Positions 47,316 to 58,789 of a stretch of 59,769 nt of DNA are shown piece by piece. The notes under the pieces are model-generated. The model had not been told where the DNA came from. It saw nothing but the letters and a program-made list of their open reading frames with translations, and made no database searches. The stretch is from a bacterium (lineage in GTDB: Bacteria; Actinomycetota; Acidimicrobiia; Spongiisociales; UBA5794), in the NCBI GenBank assembly GCA_024226255.1, contig JAAELU010000187.1, forward strand, positions 1 through 59,769. The letters are read 5' to 3'. Position 1 is the first letter of the stretch. Each line of letters opens with the position of its first letter. The translations under genes and the position numbers were made by a program.

Positions 47316-50300
47316 TTACCCTTCGAGTAGTTCGGCGAGGGCGCGCCGCACCCGCTTTTCACTGACGGACCCCTTGGCGCCGACCGGCTGAGCGAACAAG
47401 CTCACACGCAACTCCTGAAGCATCCATGTCACATCGAGCATCTGGTGGGTCCATGGGAGCGCCTCGATCAGGGCGTCCAGCTCATCTTCCAGGCTGCGCA
47501 CGAGCACCATGTGGGCGTAGTCCCGGTCCGGGTTCTCGGGTAGCTTGCTCAGTCGGTAGGCGGCCGCCCGCACATAGCGGTGAACATCGCCGAGCCGATC
47601 AGCCCCGACACCGGCAAGGAAACCCGGATATACGAACTGCCCGAGCTGGGCTCGCACGTCCTCCGCCGCATCCGTGAGCCGCGATCCAGTAGTCCGCGCC
47701 AGGAGTTGAGTCACTTCGTGGATGGCTGAGAGAATCGCAGCAGAACGGCCTCCAACCTGTTCGAGGGCCTCGGCCAGGTCATCGCGCACCGTCGTCAAGA
47801 GCCGATCAAAACCCGATGCGGTCCACACCAAGCCTCCAGCCCCCGCGATCACTTCGTCGAGGGCGCACGCCAGGCAGTCCGCCATCCACTCATCGCTCCC
47901 CGAGTACGGGCTGGACACCAGCGCGAGGCGAACGTCGTTGGTCAGTACCGCTCCGAGCAGCCTCGCCGGATTCGGCAGGCTCAGCAGTAGCAACCGGCGC
48001 AGCCCAATCCACGATGTCTCCGTCTGCTCCTGTCGATTGGCCAGCAGACGGATCGAAACCCGGTCGCCTCCGTCGACCAGCGCTGGATAGGCCACAACTG
48101 GGCGTCCATCGCCCTGCAGCGTCACCTGGTCCGGAAGATCCCCGAAGTCCCACTCGACGATGTTGTCCCGCTCGAGGGGATGAGACGCCGAAGAGACCAT
48201 CGCCCGCGCCTCGACGCGAAGCATTTCGCGCAGATCCTCGAGGTTATCGCCCTCGGCGACTACATCGCCTGCCTGGCCCACAATGCGAAATCGCGGCAAT
48301 AGATGCCGGGGCACGACCTGGCGGTTGAAGTCATCCGGTAGCACGACGACTCCGCTGCGCCTGGAGAGCTCGCGGCGCAAGGCCTCCGTCAGAGTCCCCT
48401 CCTCCGGACCGATCAAGCCGGCGATCGACTTCGCAGTATCGGGGACCGGAGCGAACAACTTGCGTTGGCGCTTGGGTAGCGACTTGATCAATGCAGCGAT
48501 CAGGTCATTGCGGAAGCCCGGAACGTTCCACTCCAAAACGCCCGGGTCGACTCGATCCAGAAGCTGGATCGGAATCTCAATCGTCACACCGTCGTTCTCA
48601 CTGGACGGATCAAATTCGTACGACAGATCTAGGTCGGCATCGCCCCAGTGCCACACGGGCGGGTACAGAGCGTCGTCTACGTCGACTGCGTCAACGGCAA
48701 CGAGGTCATCAACTGTGTAGTCGAGTAGGTGCGGCTGGTCTCCGACGATCTGATTCCACCATCTGTCGAAATGCCGAGTAGAAACGATATCGTCCGGGAT
48801 CCGCCCGTCGAAGAAGCGAACCAAAGCGTCTTCGTCGACCATCATGTCGGCCCGCCGCCCGCGAGCTTCGAGTGCTTCGACCTCCTCGATCATGGCTGCG
48901 TTTCTCTCCACGAAGCCGTGATGTGTCGACCACTCCCCTAGAACCAGCGCATGACGGATAAAGACGGCCCTGGCCCCTGAAACGTCGAAGCGATGGAACA
49001 TGACAATGCGGTTCGTCGCGAGGGGAACCCCGTAGATGCTCACCGTCTCATGAGCAACGACGGCCCCTTTGTCGGCATCCCACCACGGGTCGGACCGGGT
49101 GCGGTTCACGAGGTGCTCCCCCAGCTCCTCGACCATTGCCGGTTCGATCCCCGCAATCACGCGCCCCCACAGCCGGGTTGTCTCGACCAGCTCAGCTGCC
49201 ATGATCCACGGTGGCGCCTTCTTGAACAGGCTCGAGCCAGGATTGATGGCGAATCGTGCCGAGCGGGCACCCCGGTACTCGAAGCTGTCTGGATCTTTCA
49301 TGCCTATGTGGGACAGCAGTCCGGCCAGCAGAGCACGGTGTATCAGCTCAGGGGTGGCCGGCTGACGGTTCGACGTGAGACCGAGGTCATCGACGACACG
49401 TCGCAGCTGGGCGTGGATGTCTTGCCACTCACGGACTCGTCTCCAGTTCAAGAACTCATCACGGCACATCCTGCGGAATTGGTTCGAGGTGCGGGCTCGC
49501 CGCTCCTTCTCGATGTATTCCCACAGGCTGAGGATGCCAAGAAAATCTGACGAATCGTCCTTGAATCTTCGATGCATCTGGGCGGCCTGTTCCTCCTTGC
49601 CGGTTGGTCTCTCCCTGGGGTCAATAATCGATAGGGCTGCGGCAATGATGAGAACTTCGCGCAAACAAGCCTCGCCGTGAGCCGCCAGCAGCATCCTTCC
49701 CATGCGCGGATCAAGTGGAATCCTCGCCAACTTGGTGCCGGCATCGGTGAGCCACTCGCGACGGCCAACTGTCGAGCCTTCGACGGCCCCAAGCTCTTCG
49801 AGCAGGGCGATGCCGTCGCGGATGGTGCGCGTTTCCGGCGGTTCTAGGAACGGGAAGTCAGAGATGTCGCCCAATCCGATGGCGGCCATTTGGAGAATGA
49901 CCGAGGCGAGATTCGTGCGCAAGATCTCGGGATCGGTGAATTCAGGTCGTCCCAGGTAGTCGTCGAGGGCATACAGGCGAATGCAGACTCCCGGGCCGAG
50001 GCGGCCGCACCTGCCTGCTCGCTGGTCGGCAGACGCTTGCGACACGGCCTCAATGGGAAGCCGCTGCACCTTGGTCCGGCGACTGAACCGAGAGATTCTG
50101 GCGGTTCCAGCATCGACGACGTAGCGGACGCCGGGGACTGTCAGCGAGGTCTCGGCGACGTTGGTGGCGACCACGACCCGTCTCCCGGTATGTGCGGCAA
50201 ATACACGGTGCTGCTCTCCCGAGGAGAGCCGCCCGAACAACGGCAGGACCTCGGTATGCCTCAGTTCGAGGTTGCGCAAGGCTTCTGCGGCATCGCGGAT

Positions 50301-51200
50301 CTCGCGCTCTCCGGAGCAAAACACGAGGATGTCGCCGGAGCCCTCGGCACACAATTCGGTGACGGCCTCCACTATTCCATCGGTCTGATCCTTGGGTTCC
50401 CCGCCATCGGGATCAACCAGCGGCCGGTATCTGATCTCAACCGGATAGGTGCGACCTGACACTTCGATGATCGGTGCATTGTCGAAGTGCTCGGAGAATC
50501 GCTCCGTGTCGATTGTCGCCGACGTGATAATCACCTTTAGGTCCGGCCGTTTCGGCAGCAGCTGTTTGAGGTAGCCGAGCAGGAAATCGATATTGAGACT
50601 TCGCTCGTGCGCCTCGTCGATGATGATCGTGTCGTAACGGCTCAACATCCGGTCCCGCTGCAGCTCGTTGAGGAGAATGCCGTCCGTCATGACCTTTATG
50701 AGGGTTCGTTCCCCGACTTCATCGGTGAACCTCACGGTGTATCCGACGGTGGCGCCGACCGTGGTCCTCAGCTCTTCGGCGACCCTTTCGGCGATGGAGC
50801 GCGCTGCAATCCGGCGCGGTTGGGTATGACCGATGAGGCCATCGATGCCTCTGCCCAATTCCAGGCACAGCTTGGGCAGCTGGGTGCTCTTGCCGGAGCC
50901 GGTTTCGCCGGCCACGATGATCACTTGATTCGTTGTGATTGTGTCTTTCAGCTCGGAGCGCCAAGCAGTGATCGGCAGCTCGGGCGGGTAGGCAATCTTC
51001 TCGGGGGTGGCGGCCCGCCGGGCGGCAATACGAGCCTCAGCGGCTGCGAGGTCGGCTGTGATCCTGACTAGAGCCGACCGACGGCGTTCCGCGGTCAGCT
51101 TCTGAACTCCTCCAAGCCGACGCTGCAGAGAGCGTCGGTCAGCAGTCATGACCTTGGCGGCTCTGCTGCGTAGGTTCGAGAGAGATGGCGTTTTTGACAT
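47316..51200 (-). CDS. hrpA: ATP-dependent RNA helicase HrpA
   Basis: GETGSGKSTQLPK, TQPRRIAA, DEAH, SAT, QRAGRCGR; C-terminal ELRVSLFAQ. Confidence 0.96.
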   Translation of the reverse strand: MSKTPSLSNLRSRAAKVMTADRRSLQRRLGGVQKLTAERRRSALVRITADLAAAEARIAARRAATPEKIAYPPELPITAWRSELKDTITTNQVIIVAGETGSGKSTQLPKLCLELGRGIDGLIGHTQPRRIAARSIAERVAEELRTTVGATVGYTVRFTDEVGERTLIKVMTDGILLNELQRDRMLSRYDTIIIDEAHERSLNIDFLLGYLKQLLPKRPDLKVIITSATIDTERFSEHFDNAPIIEVSGRTYPVEIRYRPLVDPDGGEPKDQTDGIVEAVTELCAEGSGDILVFCSGEREIRDAAEALRNLELRHTEVLPLFGRLSSGEQHRVFAAHTGRRVVVATNVAETSLTVPGVRYVVDAGTARISRFSRRTKVQRLPIEAVSQASADQRAGRCGRLGPGVCIRLYALDDYLGRPEFTDPEILRTNLASVILQMAAIGLGDISDFPFLEPPETRTIRDGIALLEELGAVEGSTVGRREWLTDAGTKLARIPLDPRMGRMLLAAHGEACLREVLIIAAALSIIDPRERPTGKEEQAAQMHRRFKDDSSDFLGILSLWEYIEKERRARTSNQFRRMCRDEFLNWRRVREWQDIHAQLRRVVDDLGLTSNRQPATPELIHRALLAGLLSHIGMKDPDSFEYRGARSARFAINPGSSLFKKAPPWIMAAELVETTRLWGRVIAGIEPAMVEELGEHLVNRTRSDPWWDADKGAVVAHETVSIYGVPLATNRIVMFHRFDVSGARAVFIRHALVLGEWSTHHGFVERNAAMIEEVEALEARGRRADMMVDEDALVRFFDGRIPDDIVSTRHFDRWWNQIVGDQPHLLDYTVDDLVAVDAVDVDDALYPPVWHWGDADLDLSYEFDPSSENDGVTIEIPIQLLDRVDPGVLEWNVPGFRNDLIAALIKSLPKRQRKLFAPVPDTAKSIAGLIGPEEGTLTEALRRELSRRSGVVVLPDDFNRQVVPRHLLPRFRIVGQAGDVVAEGDNLEDLREMLRVEARAMVSSASHPLERDNIVEWDFGDLPDQVTLQGDGRPVVAYPALVDGGDRVSIRLLANRQEQTETSWIGLRRLLLLSLPNPARLLGAVLTNDVRLALVSSPYSGSDEWMADCLACALDEVIAGAGGLVWTASGFDRLLTTVRDDLAEALEQVGGRSAAILSAIHEVTQLLARTTGSRLTDAAEDVRAQLGQFVYPGFLAGVGADRLGDVHRYVRAAAYRLSKLPENPDRDYAHMVLVRSLEDELDALIEALPWTHQMLDVTWMLQELRVSLFAQPVGAKGSVSEKRVRRALAELLEG

Positions 51201-51518
51201 AACGCCTAGAGGTTAAGTCAGGATTCAGGAGCGGGTGGCAGGGCGGCAAGGGCCGGGGTCGGTGACGTCGAGTTCCGGGCCTCTCGCGTTCGTCACAGCC
51301 ACACGAGGAGATCCATGCAGGGCGCATCCCAGATGTTGACCGGCGGGCTCAGCAAGGACGGAACCGGGTCGGCCCTCTACCAAAGCACGCTGCCTCAGCT
51401 CTCGCTGAGCGCCGCGAATGCGTCCTCGAGAGTCGGGTACTGCCTGGGTTTCGCTGCTCTCCGGGGCGTTCCCGGAGCAGCCGCGGTAGCCTCGGCCTCC
51501 GCCACACACGAGGTCAGA

Positions 51519-52373
51519 TTGCTTTACGGACTCGCCTATTTCCCTACCGACCTTGCCATGCAACCGATCCAATTCGGTGAGGCCGCCGAAGAAGCCGGCT
51601 TCGAGTCGATCTGGTTCGCTGAGCACAGCCACATTCCCGTGAGCCGCCGCACGCCCTGGGGTGGTCGCGAAGGAGCTCCCCCACTGCCCGAACAATATTG
51701 GCGGACCCACGACTCTGTTGTGGCGCTGGCGGCCATAGCGGCCCGGACAAGCTCCATCCGCCTCGGCACCGGCATCTCACTCCTGGCCCAGCACGATCCG
51801 ATATGGATGGCGAAGCAGATTGCGTCGCTCGATGTCATATCCGGTGGCCGCGCCATCTTTGGCATTGGCTATGGCTGGAATGTGGAGGAGATTGAAAGCC
51901 ACGGGGTCGACCCATCACGGCGGAGAGCCATCGTGCGGGAGAAGGCCCTAGCCATACGCGAGATCTGGACAAATGCCGAGGCATCATTTGTCGGAGACCA
52001 CGTGAACTTCGAGCCGATGTGGTCGTGGCCCAAGCCACTCCAGAAGCCATACCCACCCATCGTCATCGGCGGCAAGGCAACCCCGGTCACATTTCGCCAC
52101 ATCGTTGAGTACGGCGATGGCTGGATGCCCCTCTACGGCCGCTACCCGATTATGGATCACGTGGAACACCTGCGCGCGCAGGCAGATGCGGCTGGGCGCG
52201 ATCCTGCTTCCTTGGAGGTAACCGTCTACATGGCGCCGGCAGACGAGGCCGTGATCGAGGACCTACGAGCCGGCGGCGTCGATCGGGTCCTATTTGGCGT
52301 GGAATCGGTGGGCTCGGTCGAGGCTGCAGCCCAGATCGAGGATCTGCGTTTGCTGGCATCGAAACTCGGGTAG
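51519..52373 (+). CDS. LLM class, probably F420-dependent, oxidoreductase (Rv2161c-like)
   Basis: GFESIWFAEHSHIP, RLGTGI, AKQIASLD, GYGWN.EE, WPKP.Q.P.PP, YGDGWMP; start likely TTG 51519 rather than 51315. Confidence 0.88.
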   Translation: MLYGLAYFPTDLAMQPIQFGEAAEEAGFESIWFAEHSHIPVSRRTPWGGREGAPPLPEQYWRTHDSVVALAAIAARTSSIRLGTGISLLAQHDPIWMAKQIASLDVISGGRAIFGIGYGWNVEEIESHGVDPSRRRAIVREKALAIREIWTNAEASFVGDHVNFEPMWSWPKPLQKPYPPIVIGGKATPVTFRHIVEYGDGWMPLYGRYPIMDHVEHLRAQADAAGRDPASLEVTVYMAPADEAVIEDLRAGGVDRVLFGVESVGSVEAAAQIEDLRLLASKLG

Positions 52374-52549
52374 CTCAGAGCCCGGCGTAGCGTGGCAACG
52401 TGCCGTGTGGCGAGTCGGCGACGAAGGTTTCCACTGGCTGTAGCCCCAATTCTCAACGTGCTCAACACTCATCGGGGAGCCAAGGCAGACATCGCCCACA
52501 TTGTGGGGAGGCGGCCACGCCGCACTTGTGGGTCCAAATGCCGAATCAC

Positions 52550-52565
52550 CGGGCCGAACGGCCCT
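52550..52565. promoter_or_regulatory. OsdR/DosR-like box upstream of the USP gene
   Basis: CGGGCCGAACGGCCCT, 14/16 to the recalled Streptomyces OsdR consensus AGGGCCGATCGGCCCT. Confidence 0.55.
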
Positions 52566-52630
52566 TACTGAGGCCGAGACGGCAGCTTACGTTGGCCCTA
52601 TGGACCGTGACCTCATGAATGGAGGCTGAC

Positions 52631-53080
52631 ATGGAAGAGACATACCGGCCCCAGATTCTGATTCCGCTCGATGGATCGAAACTGGCGCGCGCTGCCGTTG
52701 ACGAGGTACTACCCATTGCCAAGGCAACCAACGCTTTGGTCACCCTGGTTTCTGTCATGGAACCGATCATGGACCGCCACTTTGAGCCCTTCGCCCATGG
52801 CGAGGATGTCTCGATCAGCGAAGCCATTGAGATCTACCTGGAAGGCGAATCCAGACAACTCGCCGAAGATACCGGCCTCATCGTCACCTCGATGCTCCTC
52901 GGCGGATTCGGCGAAAAGCCGGGCGAAGTCATCGCACGGTTCGCGACAGATAGCGGCTTTGACATGATCGCGATGTCGACTCGCGGTTTGTCGGGCTTCA
53001 AGCGCCTGATAATGGGAAGTGTCGCCAGCCAGGTGCTCCACAGCGCTGAAGTAGCGGTGCTGCTAGTCCCTGCTGCATAG
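52631..53080 (+). CDS. Universal stress protein
   Basis: ILIPLDGS, DMIAMSTRGLSG..R..MGSVA..VL; GGAGG RBS before ATG 52631. Confidence 0.92.
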   Translation: MEETYRPQILIPLDGSKLARAAVDEVLPIAKATNALVTLVSVMEPIMDRHFEPFAHGEDVSISEAIEIYLEGESRQLAEDTGLIVTSMLLGGFGEKPGEVIARFATDSGFDMIAMSTRGLSGFKRLIMGSVASQVLHSAEVAVLLVPAA

Positions 53081-53199
53081 AGCCCGACAACATCGAGAGT
53101 GTTGTAGCGTCGGGCTGTGTCTGGAACATTCAACTCGAACACTCACAGAGAAGCCAAGCGATGTGGCAGCCGATTCTCGTTGGGGAATCGCGACTGCCG

Positions 53200-53652
53200 A
53201 TGACAACGTTTTCCCCTCTCGATCCGTCATATGAGGAGAAGGTGCGCGCCAGCTTCGCTCAGCAAGCCGCCATGGCGAGTCTTGGTATCGAGATGGTCGG
53301 CTTGGGCCCGGGTTGGATCGAATTGGCATTCGAGCCGCCACCCGGCTTCACCCAGCAGGATGGCTACGTCCATGCCGGCGTGGTGGCGACTGCCCTCGAC
53401 TCAGCGTGCGGGTATGCCGCCTACTCGCTGTCACCCCCGAACACAGCAGTCCTCACGTCCGAGTACAAGATCAACCTGCTGCGACCGGCTGCCGGCACCT
53501 CGTTTGTGGCCCGCGGTGTCGTTATCAAGGCTGGAAGAACCTTGACAGTCAGCCAAGGCGAACTGCGGACCAACTCGGATGGGCCGATACTCGCCATCAT
53601 GACTGGAACGATTCTTCTGGCCCCTCTGCCGACCGAAGGGCCTCCCACCTAG
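53200..53652 (+). CDS. PaaI family thioesterase
   Basis: TQQDGYVHAG..LDSACG, EYKINLLRPA, VIKAGRT. Confidence 0.9.
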   Translation: MTTFSPLDPSYEEKVRASFAQQAAMASLGIEMVGLGPGWIELAFEPPPGFTQQDGYVHAGVVATALDSACGYAAYSLSPPNTAVLTSEYKINLLRPAAGTSFVARGVVIKAGRTLTVSQGELRTNSDGPILAIMTGTILLAPLPTEGPPT

Positions 53653-54911
53653 GCGAGAATCTCTTCGAGAGCCGACCCAAGGGCCTCAACGTCCTCCATA
53701 GTCGTGTAGTGGACGAACGAGACTCGGACCACGCCCGCCTCTGCCTCCAGGCCGGCGGCTTCGACGAGTCGGCGTGCATAGAAGTGCCCGGATCCCGCCA
53801 TGATGCGACGCTTGGCGAGTTCATCCACTACCGCGGCCGGCTTCCTGCCCGCCGGTTCGAAAGCCACTGTGGGACATCTGTGCAATCGGGCAGATTCGTC
53901 GACCCGATCAGGTCCAATCAGCCTGACTCCGGGGATGGCTCGTAACCGTTCGAGGAGAGGACCGAGCAGTCGGTTTTCGTGGTCCCGCCACAATTTGGAG
54001 ACCGAGCCGACAGATTGGCGAAGCGGGACCGAGGACTCACCGTGTCGTTGCGCCAGGACCTCGACATAATCGAGCACTGCGCCTGCCGACGCGATCTGAG
54101 CGTGATCCGGTCCTGCGGGAGTCAACCGCTTGCCGGACAACGCCGCATTGAAGTAGTGCCCTTGATTCGGGAGCTCATCAATCAGCCCGTTGCGGACAAC
54201 CATCAATCCCTGGTGGACCGAGTATGTCTTGTAGAGGCTGAATAGATAGACGTCGGGATTGAGTTCGGCGATGTTGGCGAGGCTATGGGGGGCAAAGGAC
54301 ACACCATCGACGATGATCCGGGCGCCAGACTCATGGGCCATTGCGGTCAGCAACTGCACGTCATTCTCGATGCCGACGATGTTGGACGCATGAGGAATGC
54401 TGACCAGCCGGGTCCGCGAATTGAGCAGCGAACCAAACACTTCCGGGTCAAGCAGTCCTGTCGAGGCATCCACTCCCCACTCATGGGTCCTAGCTCCGAC
54501 ACTGTCGGCAGCACGACGGACGGCCCCGGTGTTGGCCTCATGGTCTTGGTTGGTGACGATCACTTCATCACCGGGTCCCAGTATCTCGGCAAAGGCTTTC
54601 GCCAGGACATAGGTATTCATTGACGTCGAAGGGCCGAAGTGGATCTCATCGGCGTTGACCCCAAGAGCTTCTGCCCATCGTTGGTGCGCACGATCCATCC
54701 CTTGGCCCGCTGCCGCCGACGCCGGATAGCGGCCATAGGGTTGCACCTTGGTCTCCGTGTAGTACTCGGCGAGTGCGTCGATGGTTTGGCGGCACGCGTA
54801 CGACCCTCCGGCGTTCTCGAAGAAACGCCAGTCCTGCAGCGCCGATGTCCCGAACGCGGGGAACTGAGACCGTACGAAGTCAACATCGAGCGTCACATCA
54901 GCGTCAGGCAT
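53649..54911 (-). CDS. Aminotransferase class V PLP enzyme (cysteine desulfurase-like)
   Basis: FFENAGGS, DHEAN, HASNIVG, VDGVSFAPH, SLYK, GHFYA, VRVSFVHY. Confidence 0.88.
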   Translation of the reverse strand: MPDADVTLDVDFVRSQFPAFGTSALQDWRFFENAGGSYACRQTIDALAEYYTETKVQPYGRYPASAAAGQGMDRAHQRWAEALGVNADEIHFGPSTSMNTYVLAKAFAEILGPGDEVIVTNQDHEANTGAVRRAADSVGARTHEWGVDASTGLLDPEVFGSLLNSRTRLVSIPHASNIVGIENDVQLLTAMAHESGARIIVDGVSFAPHSLANIAELNPDVYLFSLYKTYSVHQGLMVVRNGLIDELPNQGHYFNAALSGKRLTPAGPDHAQIASAGAVLDYVEVLAQRHGESSVPLRQSVGSVSKLWRDHENRLLGPLLERLRAIPGVRLIGPDRVDESARLHRCPTVAFEPAGRKPAAVVDELAKRRIMAGSGHFYARRLVEAAGLEAEAGVVRVSFVHYTTMEDVEALGSALEEILA

Positions 54912-55270
54912 CAGATCCACACCTCTGCCGTGGCGGTGGCGGCATCCCCTGTATTAGGGGTCTCGGCGGGTTCGATAAGGAGGATTTCACACTCGGCATC
55001 CGCCACGGGTCGATGCTCGAGGCCGGCCGGAACCACAAAAAGGTCACCCGCAGAAAGGTGGGCGGAAGGCCTGTTGCGCATCTGAATCTCGACGCTCCCG
55101 CGGTGCACCAGAAACACCTCATCCGTCTCCTCATGCGTGTGCCAGAGGAATTCGCCGTGGGCTTTCGCGAGCTTCACATGGAGTCCATTGAACTCCGCCA
55201 CGATGTGTGGCGACCATGGTTTGTCGATCATCTTGAATTTGGATCGCAGCTCAACGACATTGCCCGGCAT
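54911..55270 (-). CDS. Cupin domain protein
   Basis: WSPHIVAEFN, GEFLWHTHEETDEVF, VVPAGLEHRP, LLIEP..T.NTGD. Confidence 0.9.
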   Translation of the reverse strand: MPGNVVELRSKFKMIDKPWSPHIVAEFNGLHVKLAKAHGEFLWHTHEETDEVFLVHRGSVEIQMRNRPSAHLSAGDLFVVPAGLEHRPVADAECEILLIEPAETPNTGDAATATAEVWI

Positions 55271-55311
55271 TGCCACAAGAACCCCTTTTGATCTCACTAT
55301 GTCGCTGGCAA

Positions 55312-55325
55312 TGTAACCGCTTTCA
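55312..55325. promoter_or_regulatory. LacI-family operator upstream of the sugar ABC ATPase
   Basis: TGTAACCGCTTTCA fits TGWAANCGNTTWCA; -10 TAGAGT at 55345-55350. Confidence 0.65.
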
Positions 55326-55356
55326 ATATGGCGCATCGTTGGGCTAGAGTCGACCC

Positions 55357-56541
<1,185 letters not shown>

Positions 56542-56565
56542 GGGCCAAAAACTGCAGGCTGCTCG

Positions 56566-57645
56566 CTAGCTCGGTAGCAATTCAGCGATCTCTACAACGC
56601 GGGCTTCGTCGATCGACTTGTGCGCCGCCTCGCCGATGATGACCGACCACAGACCGTCCTCGTAAGTGACCTTGGGTGCGGATCCGTGCAGAATGGCGTC
56701 CCGGAAGTCGACATGCTCGAGGTACGAAGCCCCGTGATGCATCCCGACGTGAGGGATGTGCGAGTCCTCTACGTCCGACCTTTCAATCAGACCGTCGGCT
56801 CGAGTGTTGACCTGGACAATGCCGGGTCGGCCCGTCTCGCCCGGTGGCACGAACGCTTCCACCTTGCCCATAGAGCCAGTGACGCTGATCTCCTGCTCGA
56901 ACGGGGATCCCTCGGCGAACATGCACAGGTCGAGATGGGCCCGGACGCCGTTGTCGTACTCGACCACCACAAGGGCATTGTCGAGGATGTCGCTGCGGCG
57001 TCCGTCATAGGTCTCACCGAGGTGGTTGACGTCTTGCCCTCCGGAGGCCATCACTCGAACCGCCCTGGCTCCGACGACCAGATTCATCAGATCGAAGAAG
57101 TGACAGCACTTCTCGACCAATGTTCCCCCGGTGTTCTCACGAAACCGATTCCAGTTACCCACCTTGGGCAGGAACGGGAACCGATGCTCTCGGATGGATA
57201 CCATCTTGACGTCGCCGGCGGCCTCGAGGCGCTCGAGTAGTGCCGCCACCGGCGGCATGTAGCGGTACTCGAGACCGACCCAATGCACCCGGTCACTCTT
57301 GGCAGCGGCATCGCGGACATCGGCGCACTGTCTCGCAGTCGTACACATTGGTTTTTCGGTGAGCACATGGACGCCAGCCTCGATGGCATCGAGCAGTATC
57401 TCGTGATGGTGATAGTTGGGGGCAACGACCACAACAGCGTCGCAGAGGCCGGAGCGGAGCAGCTGCTGATGCGTCGAGAAACCGGGCACGCCACGCGAGG
57501 CGTCAACGCCAATCGCTCGCTGGGTTTCGTCGGGGTCCGAGATTGCGGTCACTTCGGTGCCATCGAGCACTGCAATGTTGGCAATATGTTCGATGCCCAT
57601 CATGCCGGTTCCGATGATGCCGTACCGGAGGTTCTCGGTGGCCAA
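56566..57645 (-). CDS. Gfo/Idh/MocA family oxidoreductase
   Basis: GIIGTGMMG, EKP, GLEYRY, EHRFPF, GGTLVEKCCHFFD. Confidence 0.9.
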   Translation of the reverse strand: MATENLRYGIIGTGMMGIEHIANIAVLDGTEVTAISDPDETQRAIGVDASRGVPGFSTHQQLLRSGLCDAVVVVAPNYHHHEILLDAIEAGVHVLTEKPMCTTARQCADVRDAAAKSDRVHWVGLEYRYMPPVAALLERLEAAGDVKMVSIREHRFPFLPKVGNWNRFRENTGGTLVEKCCHFFDLMNLVVGARAVRVMASGGQDVNHLGETYDGRRSDILDNALVVVEYDNGVRAHLDLCMFAEGSPFEQEISVTGSMGKVEAFVPPGETGRPGIVQVNTRADGLIERSDVEDSHIPHVGMHHGASYLEHVDFRDAILHGSAPKVTYEDGLWSVIIGEAAHKSIDEARVVEIAELLPS

Positions 57646-57772
57646 TTCTGCTCCAATTCTGGGGGTTCAACGACAGCTTAGGATGCTCTTCCTGGCCCTC
57701 GTTTCCACCCAAAGCAGCCTGTCCACGACGTAACAACCCAGACTTCGCCGATCTGGTTCTGCCCCACATAGA

Positions 57773-57801
57773 GCACGGCCCGCTTCATCAGCGGGCCGTG
57801 C
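57773..57801 (-). terminator. Hairpin after the ABC permease genes
   Basis: 12-bp stem GCACGGCCCGCT/AGCGGGCCGTGC. Confidence 0.6.
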
Positions 57802-57826
57802 CGGTTGCTTGACTTGGTTCTGTTCT

Positions 57827-58789
57827 CTATCCCTTGACCGAGCCGGCCAGGATTCCTCGCACGAAGAACCGTTGCAATGAGAAGAACACGATCAACGGAA
57901 TCACCGTCGAGATGAACGCCCCTGCCGCCAACAGGTGTTCTCTAGTGCCGAATTCGCCGGCCAGAGAGGCGATTCGAATCGTCACCGGCCAGGCTTCACC
58001 GTTGCCACCGATCATCGTCAGCGCGATCAGATAATCGTTATAGGTCCACAGGAACTGGAATATGGCGAATGCCGCCAGCACTGGAATGGACAGAGGCAGC
58101 ACCAGACGCCAGAACGTCGTGAAGTGATTGGCTCCATCGATCTGGGCCGACTCAAACAGGTCCTTCGGCAAGCCTGATATGTAGTTGTGCAGCAGGAATA
58201 TGGCGAACGGCAAGCCGAAGCCGGTGTGGGTCAACCACACCGCCGTGACCGAGCCTGCTAAGTCCAGATCAGGGAAGAACGTGATCGTCTTGTCGATGAA
58301 CGGAATGGTCCAATGGCCCCCTCCCGCAAAGATCTGCAACAAGGGAATCAACGACGTCTGCAGCGGAATCGCCAGCAGAGCCACGGTTGCGATGAACAGC
58401 CACTCGCGTCCTTTGAAGTCGATCCACGCAAACGCATAGGCCGCAAACGCCGCGATCGCGATCGGAATGATCGTCGCCGGAATCGCAATCGCGAGTGAGT
58501 TCAGCAACGCGTTTCCGACGCCACCGCCGACTTGTGCCGCCATTACGTCTGAATAGTTGTCTAACGAGAGCCCTTGGGGATCGTTGAACGCTGACCACCA
58601 TCCAGAGGCTCCCTGCGCCTCCTGCGTGCGGAATGAGTTCACGAACAAGCCGATGGTCGGAATGCTCCAAATGAACACCATGATCCACAAGACCCACGTC
58701 GGTATCGAGCGCAAGAATCCGTAGATGCGCTTTCCCATAGGGACGACTGCAGCGACTTTTGTGCTTTCTGGTGAAGTAGTTACTGCCAT
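57827..58789 (-). CDS. Carbohydrate ABC transporter permease (AglG/MalG-like)
   Basis: EAA loop ESAQIDGA, FQFLWTYND, LQRFFVRGILAGSVKG. Confidence 0.92.
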   Translation of the reverse strand: MAVTTSPESTKVAAVVPMGKRIYGFLRSIPTWVLWIMVFIWSIPTIGLFVNSFRTQEAQGASGWWSAFNDPQGLSLDNYSDVMAAQVGGGVGNALLNSLAIAIPATIIPIAIAAFAAYAFAWIDFKGREWLFIATVALLAIPLQTSLIPLLQIFAGGGHWTIPFIDKTITFFPDLDLAGSVTAVWLTHTGFGLPFAIFLLHNYISGLPKDLFESAQIDGANHFTTFWRLVLPLSIPVLAAFAIFQFLWTYNDYLIALTMIGGNGEAWPVTIRIASLAGEFGTREHLLAAGAFISTVIPLIVFFSLQRFFVRGILAGSVKG

